Both the position numbers and the translations under genes were made by a program. DNA of 24,000 nt. Origin: Anderseniella sp. Its GTDB lineage: Bacteria > Pseudomonadota > Alphaproteobacteria > Rhizobiales > Aestuariivirgaceae. The notes beneath the pieces were generated by a model, which saw nothing but the letters and a program-made list of their open reading frames with translations, was not told the origin of the DNA and ran no database searches. Positions 16,108-23,977 of this stretch are shown piece by piece. Each line of letters starts with the position of its first letter. The stretch's first letter is position 1. The stretch spans positions 45,118 through 69,117 of the forward strand of contig DAOUPT010000002.1 in the NCBI GenBank assembly GCA_030626025.1. The letters are read 5' to 3'.

Positions 16108-16455
16108 ATGATTTTGTTGAAGACGATACTATTCCTGCTGGTCCTTGTTTTTATCTCGGGACCTGTACTTGCGGCCCAGAGCAAAATGATCTGCAAGAAT
16201 CCCGGACGAAGCTACCTTGCGACATTTGACGAAACGGCCAACACATTCCGGGTTCAAGCGGCAGGCGCGGATAACTTCTATCAAATCGAGCGCGTTGAGA
16301 ATACCGGGAACGGGCTGATCGTGCGCGGAAAGACGATCAAGGGCGGCCCTGATTTCGTAGCCCATCTCGGTGAGAAAAAGAGCATCGAGTTCATAGACGA
16401 CGGCCAGGTCATACAGACAGATCTCTGCAAACAGGCCCGTCCGGCTGTGAAATGA
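16108..16455 (+). CDS. Hypothetical small secreted protein (115 aa, 2 Cys), no family recognised
   Basis: ORF 16060..16455 trimmed to the ATG at 16108, with GAGAGGA 3-9 nt upstream. The signal peptide is MILLKTILFLLVLVFISGPVLA|AQ. The mature ~93 aa are beta-rich, with one Cys near each end (MICKNPG... and ...TDLCKQ). Confidence 0.6.
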   Translation: MILLKTILFLLVLVFISGPVLAAQSKMICKNPGRSYLATFDETANTFRVQAAGADNFYQIERVENTGNGLIVRGKTIKGGPDFVAHLGEKKSIEFIDDGQVIQTDLCKQARPAVK

Positions 16456-16502
16456 TCAATATCCGCTTATGATGCCATAACCTTCAAGCGCCTCTTACGG
16501 CC

Positions 16503-17747
16503 TCACTCTTCACAAGCTTCCACAACATCCTCATATGTCCGCAAACCTGTCTGCGGGGCGTTGACCAGAACCGCCATGTTGCCCGGCAGATGTTTGTTGT
16601 CCAGCATCCGCTTGTGGGCTTTGGGGATGTCGCGCCAGGAGAATACTTCTGACATGCACGGATCAATCCGCCGGCTGACCATCAGTTTGTTGGCTTGCGC
16701 TGCTTGTTTCAGGTGAGCAAAGTGAGAACCCTGCACACGTTTTTGATGCATCCAGACATAGCGGGCATCCATGGTCAGATTGTAGCCTGTTGTACCAGCA
16801 CAAAAAACCACCATGCCACCGCGCTTGACCACCAAACAGGATACCGGAAAAGTTGCCTGACCGGGATGTTCAAACACCGTATCAACACTAACGCCCTTGC
16901 CGGTGATATCCCAGATCGCTTTACCAAAAGCGCGCGCGCCCTTGGCCCATGCGTTATATTCATCGGTATTAACTGTTGGCATTTCGCCCCAGCAATCAAA
17001 ATCCTTGCGGTTAATGACGCCTTTGGCGCCAAGTGACATCACAAATTCACGCTTGTCTTCATTGGAAATCACCCCGATGGCATTGGCCCCGGCCGCCGCA
17101 CACAGCTGCACCGCGAATGAGCCAAGTCCGCCTGAAGCCCCCCAGACCAGCACATTATGACCGGGCCGCAAAATATGCGGGCGGTGGCCGAACAGCATCC
17201 GGTAGGCGGTGGCCAGTGTCAGCACATAACAGGCCGATTCTTCCCAGGTCAGATGTTTGGGTCGCGGCATCAATTGTTGCGCCTGCACCCGGCAAAATTG
17301 CGAAAACGATCCATCGGGTGTTTCATAGCCCCAAATCCGCTGGGTTGAGGAAAACATCGGATCACCGCCATTGCATTCTTCATCATCACCATCATCCTGA
17401 TTGCAATGGATCACCACTTCATCACCAACGTTCCAGCGTTTGACCTTGGAGCCGACGGCCCAGACAATGCCTGATGCATCAGAACCGGCCACATGAAACG
17501 GATGTTTATGCACATTCAAAACCGAAATCGGTGTCCCGAGCGCCGCCCACACGCCGTTATAATTAACCCCGGCGGCCATCACCAGCACCAGAACTTCATG
17601 GCTATCAATTTGCCAGGTCGGCACCACCTCGACCTGCATGGCATCTTGTGGCTGACCATGACGGTCCTGACGAATCGCCCAAGCATACATTTCTTTGGGG
17701 ACATGGCCCAAAGGTGGTAATTCACCGATTTCGTATAGATCTTTCAT
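16503..17747 (-). CDS. ccr: Crotonyl-CoA carboxylase/reductase (ethylmalonyl-CoA pathway)
   Basis: The 414-aa ORF is nearly colinear with Rhodobacter sphaeroides Ccr as I remember it: KDLYEIGELPPLGHVPKEMYAWAIR, HEVLVLVMAAGVNYNG, HCNQDDGDDEECNGGDPMF, RIWGYETPDGSF, VWGASGGLGS (NADPH site), WMHQKRVQGSHFA and PGNMAVLV. Confidence 0.92.
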   Translation of the reverse strand: MKDLYEIGELPPLGHVPKEMYAWAIRQDRHGQPQDAMQVEVVPTWQIDSHEVLVLVMAAGVNYNGVWAALGTPISVLNVHKHPFHVAGSDASGIVWAVGSKVKRWNVGDEVVIHCNQDDGDDEECNGGDPMFSSTQRIWGYETPDGSFSQFCRVQAQQLMPRPKHLTWEESACYVLTLATAYRMLFGHRPHILRPGHNVLVWGASGGLGSFAVQLCAAAGANAIGVISNEDKREFVMSLGAKGVINRKDFDCWGEMPTVNTDEYNAWAKGARAFGKAIWDITGKGVSVDTVFEHPGQATFPVSCLVVKRGGMVVFCAGTTGYNLTMDARYVWMHQKRVQGSHFAHLKQAAQANKLMVSRRIDPCMSEVFSWRDIPKAHKRMLDNKHLPGNMAVLVNAPQTGLRTYEDVVEACEE

Positions 17748-17910
17748 CTTTATTCCCTGCTAAATGAGCTTGTCTGATTTTTTATTATGCGCTGCACTAT
17801 ACACAATCACAAATCTTATTGCACTGCAACAAAAGTTATAGATTTCTCTATCAACAAATTAGTAAAAAATTTAGTAAAAGTTGAGGTTTAACCATGACTG
17901 AAACTTAAAA

Positions 17911-17939
17911 TTAACAAACCCTCCCCTTGACCCTATAAT
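17911..17939 (+). promoter_or_regulatory. Sigma70-like promoter candidate (TTAACA-N17-TATAAT)
   Basis: TTAACA is at 17911-17916 and TATAAT at 17934-17939, with an exact 17-nt spacer. It sits 44 nt upstream of the small-ORF ATG, inside an AT-rich region. Confidence 0.35.
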
Positions 17940-17982
17940 TTCCTGACTAATTGGGCGGCAGCAACTGGAGAGAGGTGTCGAT

Positions 17983-18333
17983 ATGGAAGGACTAATGAGT
18001 TTTTTGGGACTAGCAACGAGCGGGCGCACAGTGACGTCAACGTTTAGTGGTTTGTTTGATATTTCGGACACAACATTGATCCTTGTTGTCGGTTTGTGCT
18101 TCCTTGGCACCAATCTGGTCAGCAATATTACTTGCCGCAATTCTCCGGTTGAGTATGCCACAACATTTTCCTGCCTGTTTATTGGCGCATTGATGGCCAA
18201 CGCGTTGATTGCAGAAATAGAACTACCGGTAACCAGCGACCTCGCCCAATCAGCAATAACAGCAAATATCGGCATGACTTGCGCCGCCTTGCTGGTAATG
18301 GCACTTTTTGGCCGCGAAGGTCATTTGGAATAA
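17983..18333 (+). CDS. Hypothetical small membrane protein (116 aa, about 3 TM)
   Basis: GGAGAGAGG Shine-Dalgarno 8 nt upstream of the ATG. There are three hydrophobic segments (TTLILVVGLCFLGTNLV, TTFSCLFIGALMANALIA, ITANIGMTCAALLVMALFG). It uses several codons that are rare in the neighbours (CTA, ATA, GGA), so coding status is uncertain. The 134-aa ORF antisense to it looks less gene-like. Confidence 0.45.
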   Translation: MEGLMSFLGLATSGRTVTSTFSGLFDISDTTLILVVGLCFLGTNLVSNITCRNSPVEYATTFSCLFIGALMANALIAEIELPVTSDLAQSAITANIGMTCAALLVMALFGREGHLE

Positions 18334-18402
18334 TCGCCTTACAAATAATCTGGCCAAAAGTCTTGGTTGCACTGCAGCATTTTCCATGCTTTGCTGTGTT
18401 TC

Positions 18403-20406
18403 ATGACCAAGATAAAAAAAGATACAGCCCAAAAAGACAGAGCCCAAAAAGACAGGCCGTGGATTTTCCGCACCTATGCCGGACACTCCACGGCCAAAGC
18501 CTCAAATGAGCTTTATCGTGCCAATCTGAAAAACGGCCAAACCGGGCTTTCGGTCGCTTTCGACCTGCCCACCCAGACCGGCTATGACAGCGACCACGAA
18601 CTGGCCCGCGGCGAAGTCGGCAAGGTCGGTGTGCCGGTTTCCCACATCGGTGATATGCGCCAACTGTTCGACAACATCCCGCTTGAACAGATGAATACCT
18701 CATTGACCATCAATGCCACAGCGGCATGGTTGCTGGCGCTTTATGTAGCGACAGCACAAGAGCAGGGAGCCGACGTATCAAAGCTCACCGGCACCACCCA
18801 GAACGATATAATCAAGGAATATCTGTCACGCGGTACCTATGTTTTCCCGCCCGATCATTCCTTGCGACTGACCACAGATACGATCAACTGGAGCTATCGC
18901 AACCTGCCAAAATGGAACCCGATGAATGTCTGTTCTTATCACTTGCAGGAAGCAGGCGCGACACCCGAGCAGGAATTGTCGTTCGCGCTGGCCAACGCCA
19001 TCGCCGTGCTTGACGGGGTAAAAGCCTCCGGTCTTGTATCTGATGAAGACTTCCCCAAAGTTGTTGGCCGCATCAGCTTTTTCGTCAACGCCGGCATTCG
19101 CTTTGTCACTGAACTGTGCAAAATGCGCGCCTTTACTGAATTATGGGACGAGATCACCCGTGAACGTTACGGCGTTGAAGAAGAACGCTACCGCCGTTTT
19201 CGTTATGGTGTGCAAGTCAACTCCCTCGGTCTGACCGAACAACAACCCGAAAACAACGTCTACCGCATCCTGCTTGAAATGCTCGCCGTGGTACTGTCCA
19301 AAAACGCCCGCGCCCGCGCCGTGCAACTCCCGGCCTGGAACGAGGCGTTGGGCCTGCCCCGCCCTTTTGACCAGCAATGGTCCCTGCGCATGCAACAGAT
19401 CGTTGCTTATGAAACCGACCTGCTGGAATACGCCGATATTTTCGATGGCTCCAAAGAAATCGAACGCAAGGTTGAAGAGCTCAAGAACGGTGCCCGGACC
19501 GAGTTGCATAAGCTTGAAGACATGGGCGGTGCCGTGGCCGGTATTTCCAGCGGCTATATGAAAGAGCAATTGGTCATCTCAAACACCGCCCGCCTGAAAG
19601 CCATCGAAACCGGCGAGACCACGCTGGTTGGCGTTAACGCTTATCAGCAAGGAGAGCCCTCACCGCTGGCCACCGGCGATGGTGAAGCTATCCTGACCGT
19701 GCCCGACCATGTGGAATTTGACCAGATCAACAACCTCAAAGCCTGGCGCAAACAACGCGATAAAAACGCCGTAGCCGAGGCGCTTAGCGCCCTCAAAGCT
19801 GCCGCTGCTGGCGGCGATAACATCATGCCGCCGTCCATCGCCTGCGCCAAAGCCGGCGTGACAACCGGTGAATGGAGTGCCATTCTGCGCGAAATCTTTG
19901 GCGAGTTCCGTGCCCCGACCGGCGTTGGCGTAGTTTTTTCCAGCACAGGTGACGACATTGAAAAAATCCAAAAAGACGTTGCGGCGCTGGCCAAAAAACT
20001 GGGCACCAACCCCAAATTACTGGTCGGCAAACCGGGCCTTGACGGCCACTCCAACGGTGCCGAACAAATCGCCGTCCGCGCCCGCGAAACCGGCATGGAC
20101 GTCATCTATGACGGCATCCGCCTGACCCCGGCCGAAATCGTAAAAACCGCCATCGACCAAAAACCCCACGCCATAGGCCTGTCAATCCTCTCGGGCAGCC
20201 ATGTGTCGCTGGTCCGCGATGTCATCAACAAGTTGAAAGAAGCAGGCATCGGAAACACCCCGGTCATCGTCGGCGGCATCATTCCCGATGATGACGTGAA
20301 CGTGCTGAAGCAGTTAGGCGTGACAAGGGTTTATACACCCAAGGATTTCAAGCTGAATACGATGATGGCTGAGATTGTTAAGTTGATCGAAAAAACCTGC
20401 ACCTGA
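18403..20406 (+). CDS. ecm: Ethylmalonyl-CoA mutase (B12-dependent, fused catalytic + cobalamin-binding domains)
   Basis: ORF 18367..20406 trimmed to the ATG at 18403. DRPWIFRTYAGHSTAKASNELYRANLKNGQTGLSVAFDLPTQTGYDSDHELARGEVGKVGVPVSHIGDM matches my memory of R. sphaeroides Ecm. The C-terminal B12 domain has DxHxxG (GLDGHSNGAEQIA). It is divergent from ccr, as in Rhodobacter. Confidence 0.9.
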   Translation: MTKIKKDTAQKDRAQKDRPWIFRTYAGHSTAKASNELYRANLKNGQTGLSVAFDLPTQTGYDSDHELARGEVGKVGVPVSHIGDMRQLFDNIPLEQMNTSLTINATAAWLLALYVATAQEQGADVSKLTGTTQNDIIKEYLSRGTYVFPPDHSLRLTTDTINWSYRNLPKWNPMNVCSYHLQEAGATPEQELSFALANAIAVLDGVKASGLVSDEDFPKVVGRISFFVNAGIRFVTELCKMRAFTELWDEITRERYGVEEERYRRFRYGVQVNSLGLTEQQPENNVYRILLEMLAVVLSKNARARAVQLPAWNEALGLPRPFDQQWSLRMQQIVAYETDLLEYADIFDGSKEIERKVEELKNGARTELHKLEDMGGAVAGISSGYMKEQLVISNTARLKAIETGETTLVGVNAYQQGEPSPLATGDGEAILTVPDHVEFDQINNLKAWRKQRDKNAVAEALSALKAAAAGGDNIMPPSIACAKAGVTTGEWSAILREIFGEFRAPTGVGVVFSSTGDDIEKIQKDVAALAKKLGTNPKLLVGKPGLDGHSNGAEQIAVRARETGMDVIYDGIRLTPAEIVKTAIDQKPHAIGLSILSGSHVSLVRDVINKLKEAGIGNTPVIVGGIIPDDDVNVLKQLGVTRVYTPKDFKLNTMMAEIVKLIEKTCT

Positions 20407-20504
20407 TCAAAGTCAGGAAAACACCTATCCCCTCCACCATGCCGGGAATCTGAACCAGCCACCGCCCACCATCACGATGGCTGGTAGAAATCCCAAAAGG
20501 GCAA

Positions 20505-21053
20505 TTACCGGGTATAGGTGGCTGTAATTGTAGCTTTTGCCAGTGCATTTGAACGTGTCATAAAGCCGACTAAAGCGGCACTGGCATTTTCATCCAAATC
20601 AAGTTTTTCCGTGCTCAGGGCAAAGATAGAAAAAACATAACGATGAACTTCACCTGGAGGCGGACAAGCACCGCCAAATCCGTTTGACCCAAAATCGGTA
20701 CGTCCCTGAATTGCTTTTTTGGGCAAGCCTTTGCCACTTCCAGCGCCGCGCGGCAATGTTGTTGCTTTACTGGGAATATTGAAAACGACCCAATGCCACC
20801 ATCCAGAGCCTGTTGGGGCATCAGGATCATAGGCCGTAATAACAAAACTTTTCGTTCCAGCAGGCGCGTTGGACCATGTCAAAGAGGGTGAAATATTTTT
20901 TCCTTTGCAGCCAAAACCATTCAATACTTGTTCTTTGGAAAGTTTATGCCCTTCAGAAATATCTGTGCTCATCAGGGTAAACTCGGCGGCATTTGCTATT
21001 GTCGGCAGTAACATCGCAACGGCAACCATTGCAGATTTTGTATATTTAAACAT
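20505..21053 (-). CDS. YbhB/YbcL-family PEBP (Raf kinase inhibitor-like) periplasmic protein
   Basis: ORF 20505..21110 trimmed to the ATG at 21053, with AGGAG 6 nt upstream. The signal peptide is MFKYTKSAMVAVAMLLPTIANA|AE. It has the family motifs AYDPDAPTGSGWWHWVVFNIP and GEVHRYVFSIFAL. Confidence 0.85.
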   Translation of the reverse strand: MFKYTKSAMVAVAMLLPTIANAAEFTLMSTDISEGHKLSKEQVLNGFGCKGKNISPSLTWSNAPAGTKSFVITAYDPDAPTGSGWWHWVVFNIPSKATTLPRGAGSGKGLPKKAIQGRTDFGSNGFGGACPPPGEVHRYVFSIFALSTEKLDLDENASAALVGFMTRSNALAKATITATYTR

Positions 21054-21149
21054 GATAGTCTCCTGTATAGAATTAACAGAAAAACTATAGTCGGGGGGTA
21101 CTGATCGCACATTCCAAAATCGATCATTTGTTGTGCCGAAACGATCATA

Positions 21150-21947
21150 TCACTTAAACTTACGTCTGATTTCAATCGGAGATAGATCAAACCGGGCTTT
21201 AAAGCGGGCAGAAAACCTTGATGGGGAATTATAGCCAACATCCATGGCGATGGTTGTTATGGGGATATCAGTTGTTTGCAACATTTCCAGCGCCCTACTC
21301 ATTCGTAAATCCGTCAAAATACCGGTAAATGATGTCCCATGTGTCCTTAGTCGCCTTCGCAGGGTAGGTTCGCTAACATGTAGTTTTTCAGCTATTTTTG
21401 CGAACGTCCATTGCTGAGAAACATCATCGGAAATAAGGTGCCTGACAATTTCAACTATCGTACTAAAATTGTTATTTTTAAAAAATATGTTGTTTTCATT
21501 CAACCATACAATCAGCTCGCTGATGCGGTGGGATACAATTGTTTGAGGCACATGCAGGTCTTCCGTTATTGTATCTTTGGTACGCAAAAATGTGTTTAGA
21601 AACTCTTGCGTTGCAACGCATCCTCTTTTCTTGCCTGTTGTCGGTATAGCTTTTGAGTTAATCGCTAAGCTGGCATCAAGCAGTATAATAAATTCTGCAC
21701 GGTATAAGCCCTCTCCGTCAGGGATATTCTCAATATCAAGACTTTCTCCAGGTGAAAAAACACCAATCGTTCCTTTTTTCAGGCATTGAGGATTTTTGCC
21801 ACCGCCCACCCGCTTTTCACCGGATAGAATACGAAAAATAACAGGCTGCTTAATCCACAAATGCTTGAAATATGCACGACTGACCTGACGCACCACAGCA
21901 TACCCCGCAACAGGTTTTTGTGTATCAAGGTCTAATTTTTCCAACAA
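21150..21947 (-). CDS. AraC/XylS family transcriptional regulator
   Basis: 265-aa ORF with a TTG start and GGAGG 9 nt upstream. The C-terminal double HTH is FAKIAEKLHVSEPTLRRRLRTHGTSFTGILTDLRMSRALEMLQTTDIPITTIAMDVGYNSPSRFSARFKARF. The N-terminal domain is cupin-like. The gene is distinctly AT-rich (18/60 and 27/60 G+C in two rows I counted). Confidence 0.85.
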   Translation of the reverse strand: MLEKLDLDTQKPVAGYAVVRQVSRAYFKHLWIKQPVIFRILSGEKRVGGGKNPQCLKKGTIGVFSPGESLDIENIPDGEGLYRAEFIILLDASLAINSKAIPTTGKKRGCVATQEFLNTFLRTKDTITEDLHVPQTIVSHRISELIVWLNENNIFFKNNNFSTIVEIVRHLISDDVSQQWTFAKIAEKLHVSEPTLRRRLRTHGTSFTGILTDLRMSRALEMLQTTDIPITTIAMDVGYNSPSRFSARFKARFDLSPIEIRRKFK

Positions 21948-22036
21948 GGTAATCTGCCTCCATTTCTTCGCTACGGTGACAACTTAACACATACACTAAA
22001 CAGAAAGACGATCTTTCCATCAAAGACAGAATCCTC

Positions 22037-23146
22037 CTAGTCTCCAGCATACGGATACCCGTTCTTGTCAAATTTCCAGTCAGCAAATGCAAAAATATAA
22101 CGGGGATTGAGTTTTTTTGCGTCCAGATGCCAGGCGTTTTTGTGGTTGAAACGGATGCCGCGCATCATCACTGTCAGATCAAGCTTCCAGGCGCCATTTT
22201 CCACTCGGACAAAATACGGTGAGCATTGGCGTTGACGAACGTTGTATCGCACCACGGCATAGTCGCCTCGGGTTTTGGTGCCATCGATGGTACATTTTTT
22301 GTAGGTATTGTAGACGTTGCGCATCTGGCCTTTGGTAACCCGCCAGCTTTTCATCATCTTTTTGCTGGCATCGGTGTAAATCGACAGACTGGGATTAGCG
22401 TCATAATCGGCCATTGCCTTGAGATAAGCATCAACAACCGATTGCGGTGAATTGTTGGCAGAAGCAATATTTGAGGTCCCGTATTTTTTGGTTTTATTGC
22501 CTGCACCGATTTGCGCTGAAGTACTGGCACCGGCACCGGTAGAGACCTCTGCCTGACGATGCAACGCCGGATCAAAAGCGATATTCTTTCCAGCTTCATT
22601 ATAACGGGCAACAATCAATTCGGTCGTTGCAAGAATACCGTCGGCGATACGACTGTCACGGAAGAACGGTACCATCTGCTCACGCTCAATAAAGCTGACA
22701 AATCCATCGGTATAAGCCCCCTCAAGCGAGCGCCCGACTTCCAGCCTTACCCGGTTGGCACCTTTATCAATCACCAGCAGCAACCCGTGTCCACCACTGC
22801 TGCGCGCGCCAACTTTCAGCGCGGCAAAACGCTTGGCGGCAAACAAATTGACATCACCTGTGCTGGCAGCCGTGACAATACGATAGTCAATGTCATAAGC
22901 CTCAAGAATTTTCGCATGATAGCTGGCCAACCGCTTTTTTTGATCTTCATTGAGCAGCAAGGCACTGTCATCCAGTAAATCGCGGTGCAGCAATTTTGTT
23001 TGCTGTTGGGCAATAAATTCCCGACCGCCCCACCGGTCATAAACCCGGTACCCCATTCTGGCCGCAAGCAGCAACACCACCACCAGTATCAACAGATTTC
23101 GTTTATTTTGCAAAAGATCAGGCATCGGACTTACTTTTTTATTCAC
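22037..23146 (-). CDS. Membrane-anchored TPM-domain (TLP18.3/Psb32/MOLO-1, YgcG-like) protein with an extra C-terminal domain
   Basis: 369-aa ORF with an N-terminal TM (NLLILVVVLLLAA). The TPM-like core spans residues ~55-180 (LLNEDQKKRLASYHAKILEAYDIDYRIVTAAS...GLLLVIDKGANRVRLEVGRSLEGAYTD...ILATTELIV). A G/A/S/T-rich linker follows, then a ~135-aa C-terminal domain (22040-22450). Confidence 0.7.
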   Translation of the reverse strand: MNKKVSPMPDLLQNKRNLLILVVVLLLAARMGYRVYDRWGGREFIAQQQTKLLHRDLLDDSALLLNEDQKKRLASYHAKILEAYDIDYRIVTAASTGDVNLFAAKRFAALKVGARSSGGHGLLLVIDKGANRVRLEVGRSLEGAYTDGFVSFIEREQMVPFFRDSRIADGILATTELIVARYNEAGKNIAFDPALHRQAEVSTGAGASTSAQIGAGNKTKKYGTSNIASANNSPQSVVDAYLKAMADYDANPSLSIYTDASKKMMKSWRVTKGQMRNVYNTYKKCTIDGTKTRGDYAVVRYNVRQRQCSPYFVRVENGAWKLDLTVMMRGIRFNHKNAWHLDAKKLNPRYIFAFADWKFDKNGYPYAGD

Positions 23147-23179
23147 AGACTAGAGAGAACGGGACAGGCGCTTTATCTC

Positions 23180-23977
23180 TCAATCAAAATTCAGCTTCTT
23201 GACCGTGTCGGCTCCTTCATCGGACTTAAAGTAAGCCTTGCGATTGAAATGCCCCATCGAAGCGACCATGCTGGTCGGCATACGGCGGATGCTGGCGTTA
23301 AACGTGCCAACAGCTTCGTTAAAGCGTATGCGGGCAACGTTAATACGGTTCTCTGTACCTTCAAGCTGTGCCTGAAGCTGCTGCATTGGTTCGCTGGCCC
23401 GCAAAGTCGGATAGGCCTCGGCCGTTGCCATTATGGTGTGCATCATCTGCCCAACCCGTTTCTGGCTGGCCCCAAGCATCGAAATGTAAGTGCTGTCTTC
23501 CGGCGCTTTGCCACCAGCTTTTTGGAGCAATTCAGCGCTTTCTTTCTGAGCCGCAATCAGAGCCGCAATATCCTCGTCCAGGCCGTCATTACGTTTGGCC
23601 GTAACATTTTCCAGGGTCGATTTTTCATGCTTCAAAAATTTTGATACGGTCTCAACCAGATTAGGAATCAAGTCGGCGCGGCGTTGATAATTACTTTCAA
23701 CCTGCGACCATGCTGTGTGAATGACTTCCTCTTCTTTCACCAGACCATTATGCATCCAGCTAAAACCAATTAATGGTAGGAGTAGAAAAATTCCCACAAA
23801 AAGAATGGCAGATATTTTGTTTGTCGTAGAATCCATTGCTCCGACCTTTCCCTGATTAAATGTATCTTTGATATTTTCCACGCTGTCGATTGAGGCTGTA
23901 TCGCCCAAACCGCCAAAAACAATAAACAGCACGGCAATAACGATAATTCCCATACCGATGAGAGGCAGTAACGCCAT
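23180..23977 (-). CDS. lemA: LemA family protein (N-terminally extended; the reading frame stays open to the right edge of the window)
   Basis: The LemA core is VIHTAWSQVESNYQRRADLIPNLVETV...AYPTLRASEPMQQLQAQLEGTENRINVARIRFNEAVGTFNASIRRMPTSMVA. The ATG at 23977 is the first Met, but no stop lies upstream through 24000. An internal ATG at 23836 (GGAG 3 nt upstream) would give a canonical single-TM LemA of 218 aa. Confidence 0.85.
   Translation of the reverse strand: MALLPLIGMGIIVIAVLFIVFGGLGDTASIDSVENIKDTFNQGKVGAMDSTTNKISAILFVGIFLLLPLIGFSWMHNGLVKEEEVIHTAWSQVESNYQRRADLIPNLVETVSKFLKHEKSTLENVTAKRNDGLDEDIAALIAAQKESAELLQKAGGKAPEDSTYISMLGASQKRVGQMMHTIMATAEAYPTLRASEPMQQLQAQLEGTENRINVARIRFNEAVGTFNASIRRMPTSMVASMGHFNRKAYFKSDEGADTVKKLNFD

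Noticed and set aside
13793-16502. The secreted-protein operon considered as a mobile or genomic island
   Set aside because: No integrase, transposase, tRNA or flanking direct or inverted repeats were seen. The low G+C is confined to the Lys-rich half of one gene, and the two small ORFs have normal composition. Horizontal origin is possible but not supported by what I can see.
17927-17939. TTGACC immediately followed by CTATAAT, considered as a -35/-10 pair
   Set aside because: The two hexamers are only 1 nt apart, which is incompatible with sigma70 spacing. The upstream TTAACA at the correct 17-nt spacing was used instead.
17871-18275. 134-aa minus-strand ORF in the ccr-ecm spacer
   Set aside because: It has no SD and runs into the AT-rich promoter region. 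It shows no hydrophobic or domain pattern. The overlapping + strand ORF has an SD and TM periodicity and is the better, though still uncertain, candidate.
19141-20105. 142-, 153- and 103-aa minus-strand ORFs
   Set aside because: They are antisense to the confidently identified ecm gene.
20455-20484. Hairpin CCAGCCA-N16-TGGCTGG between the convergent ecm and PEBP genes, considered as a bidirectional terminator
   Set aside because: The stem is only 7 bp with a 16-nt loop, and no U-rich tract follows on either strand. That is too weak to call.
22985-23644. 219-aa + strand ORF
   Set aside because: It is antisense to the TPM start and the LemA gene. It is His/Arg/Phe-rich with non-protein-like composition.
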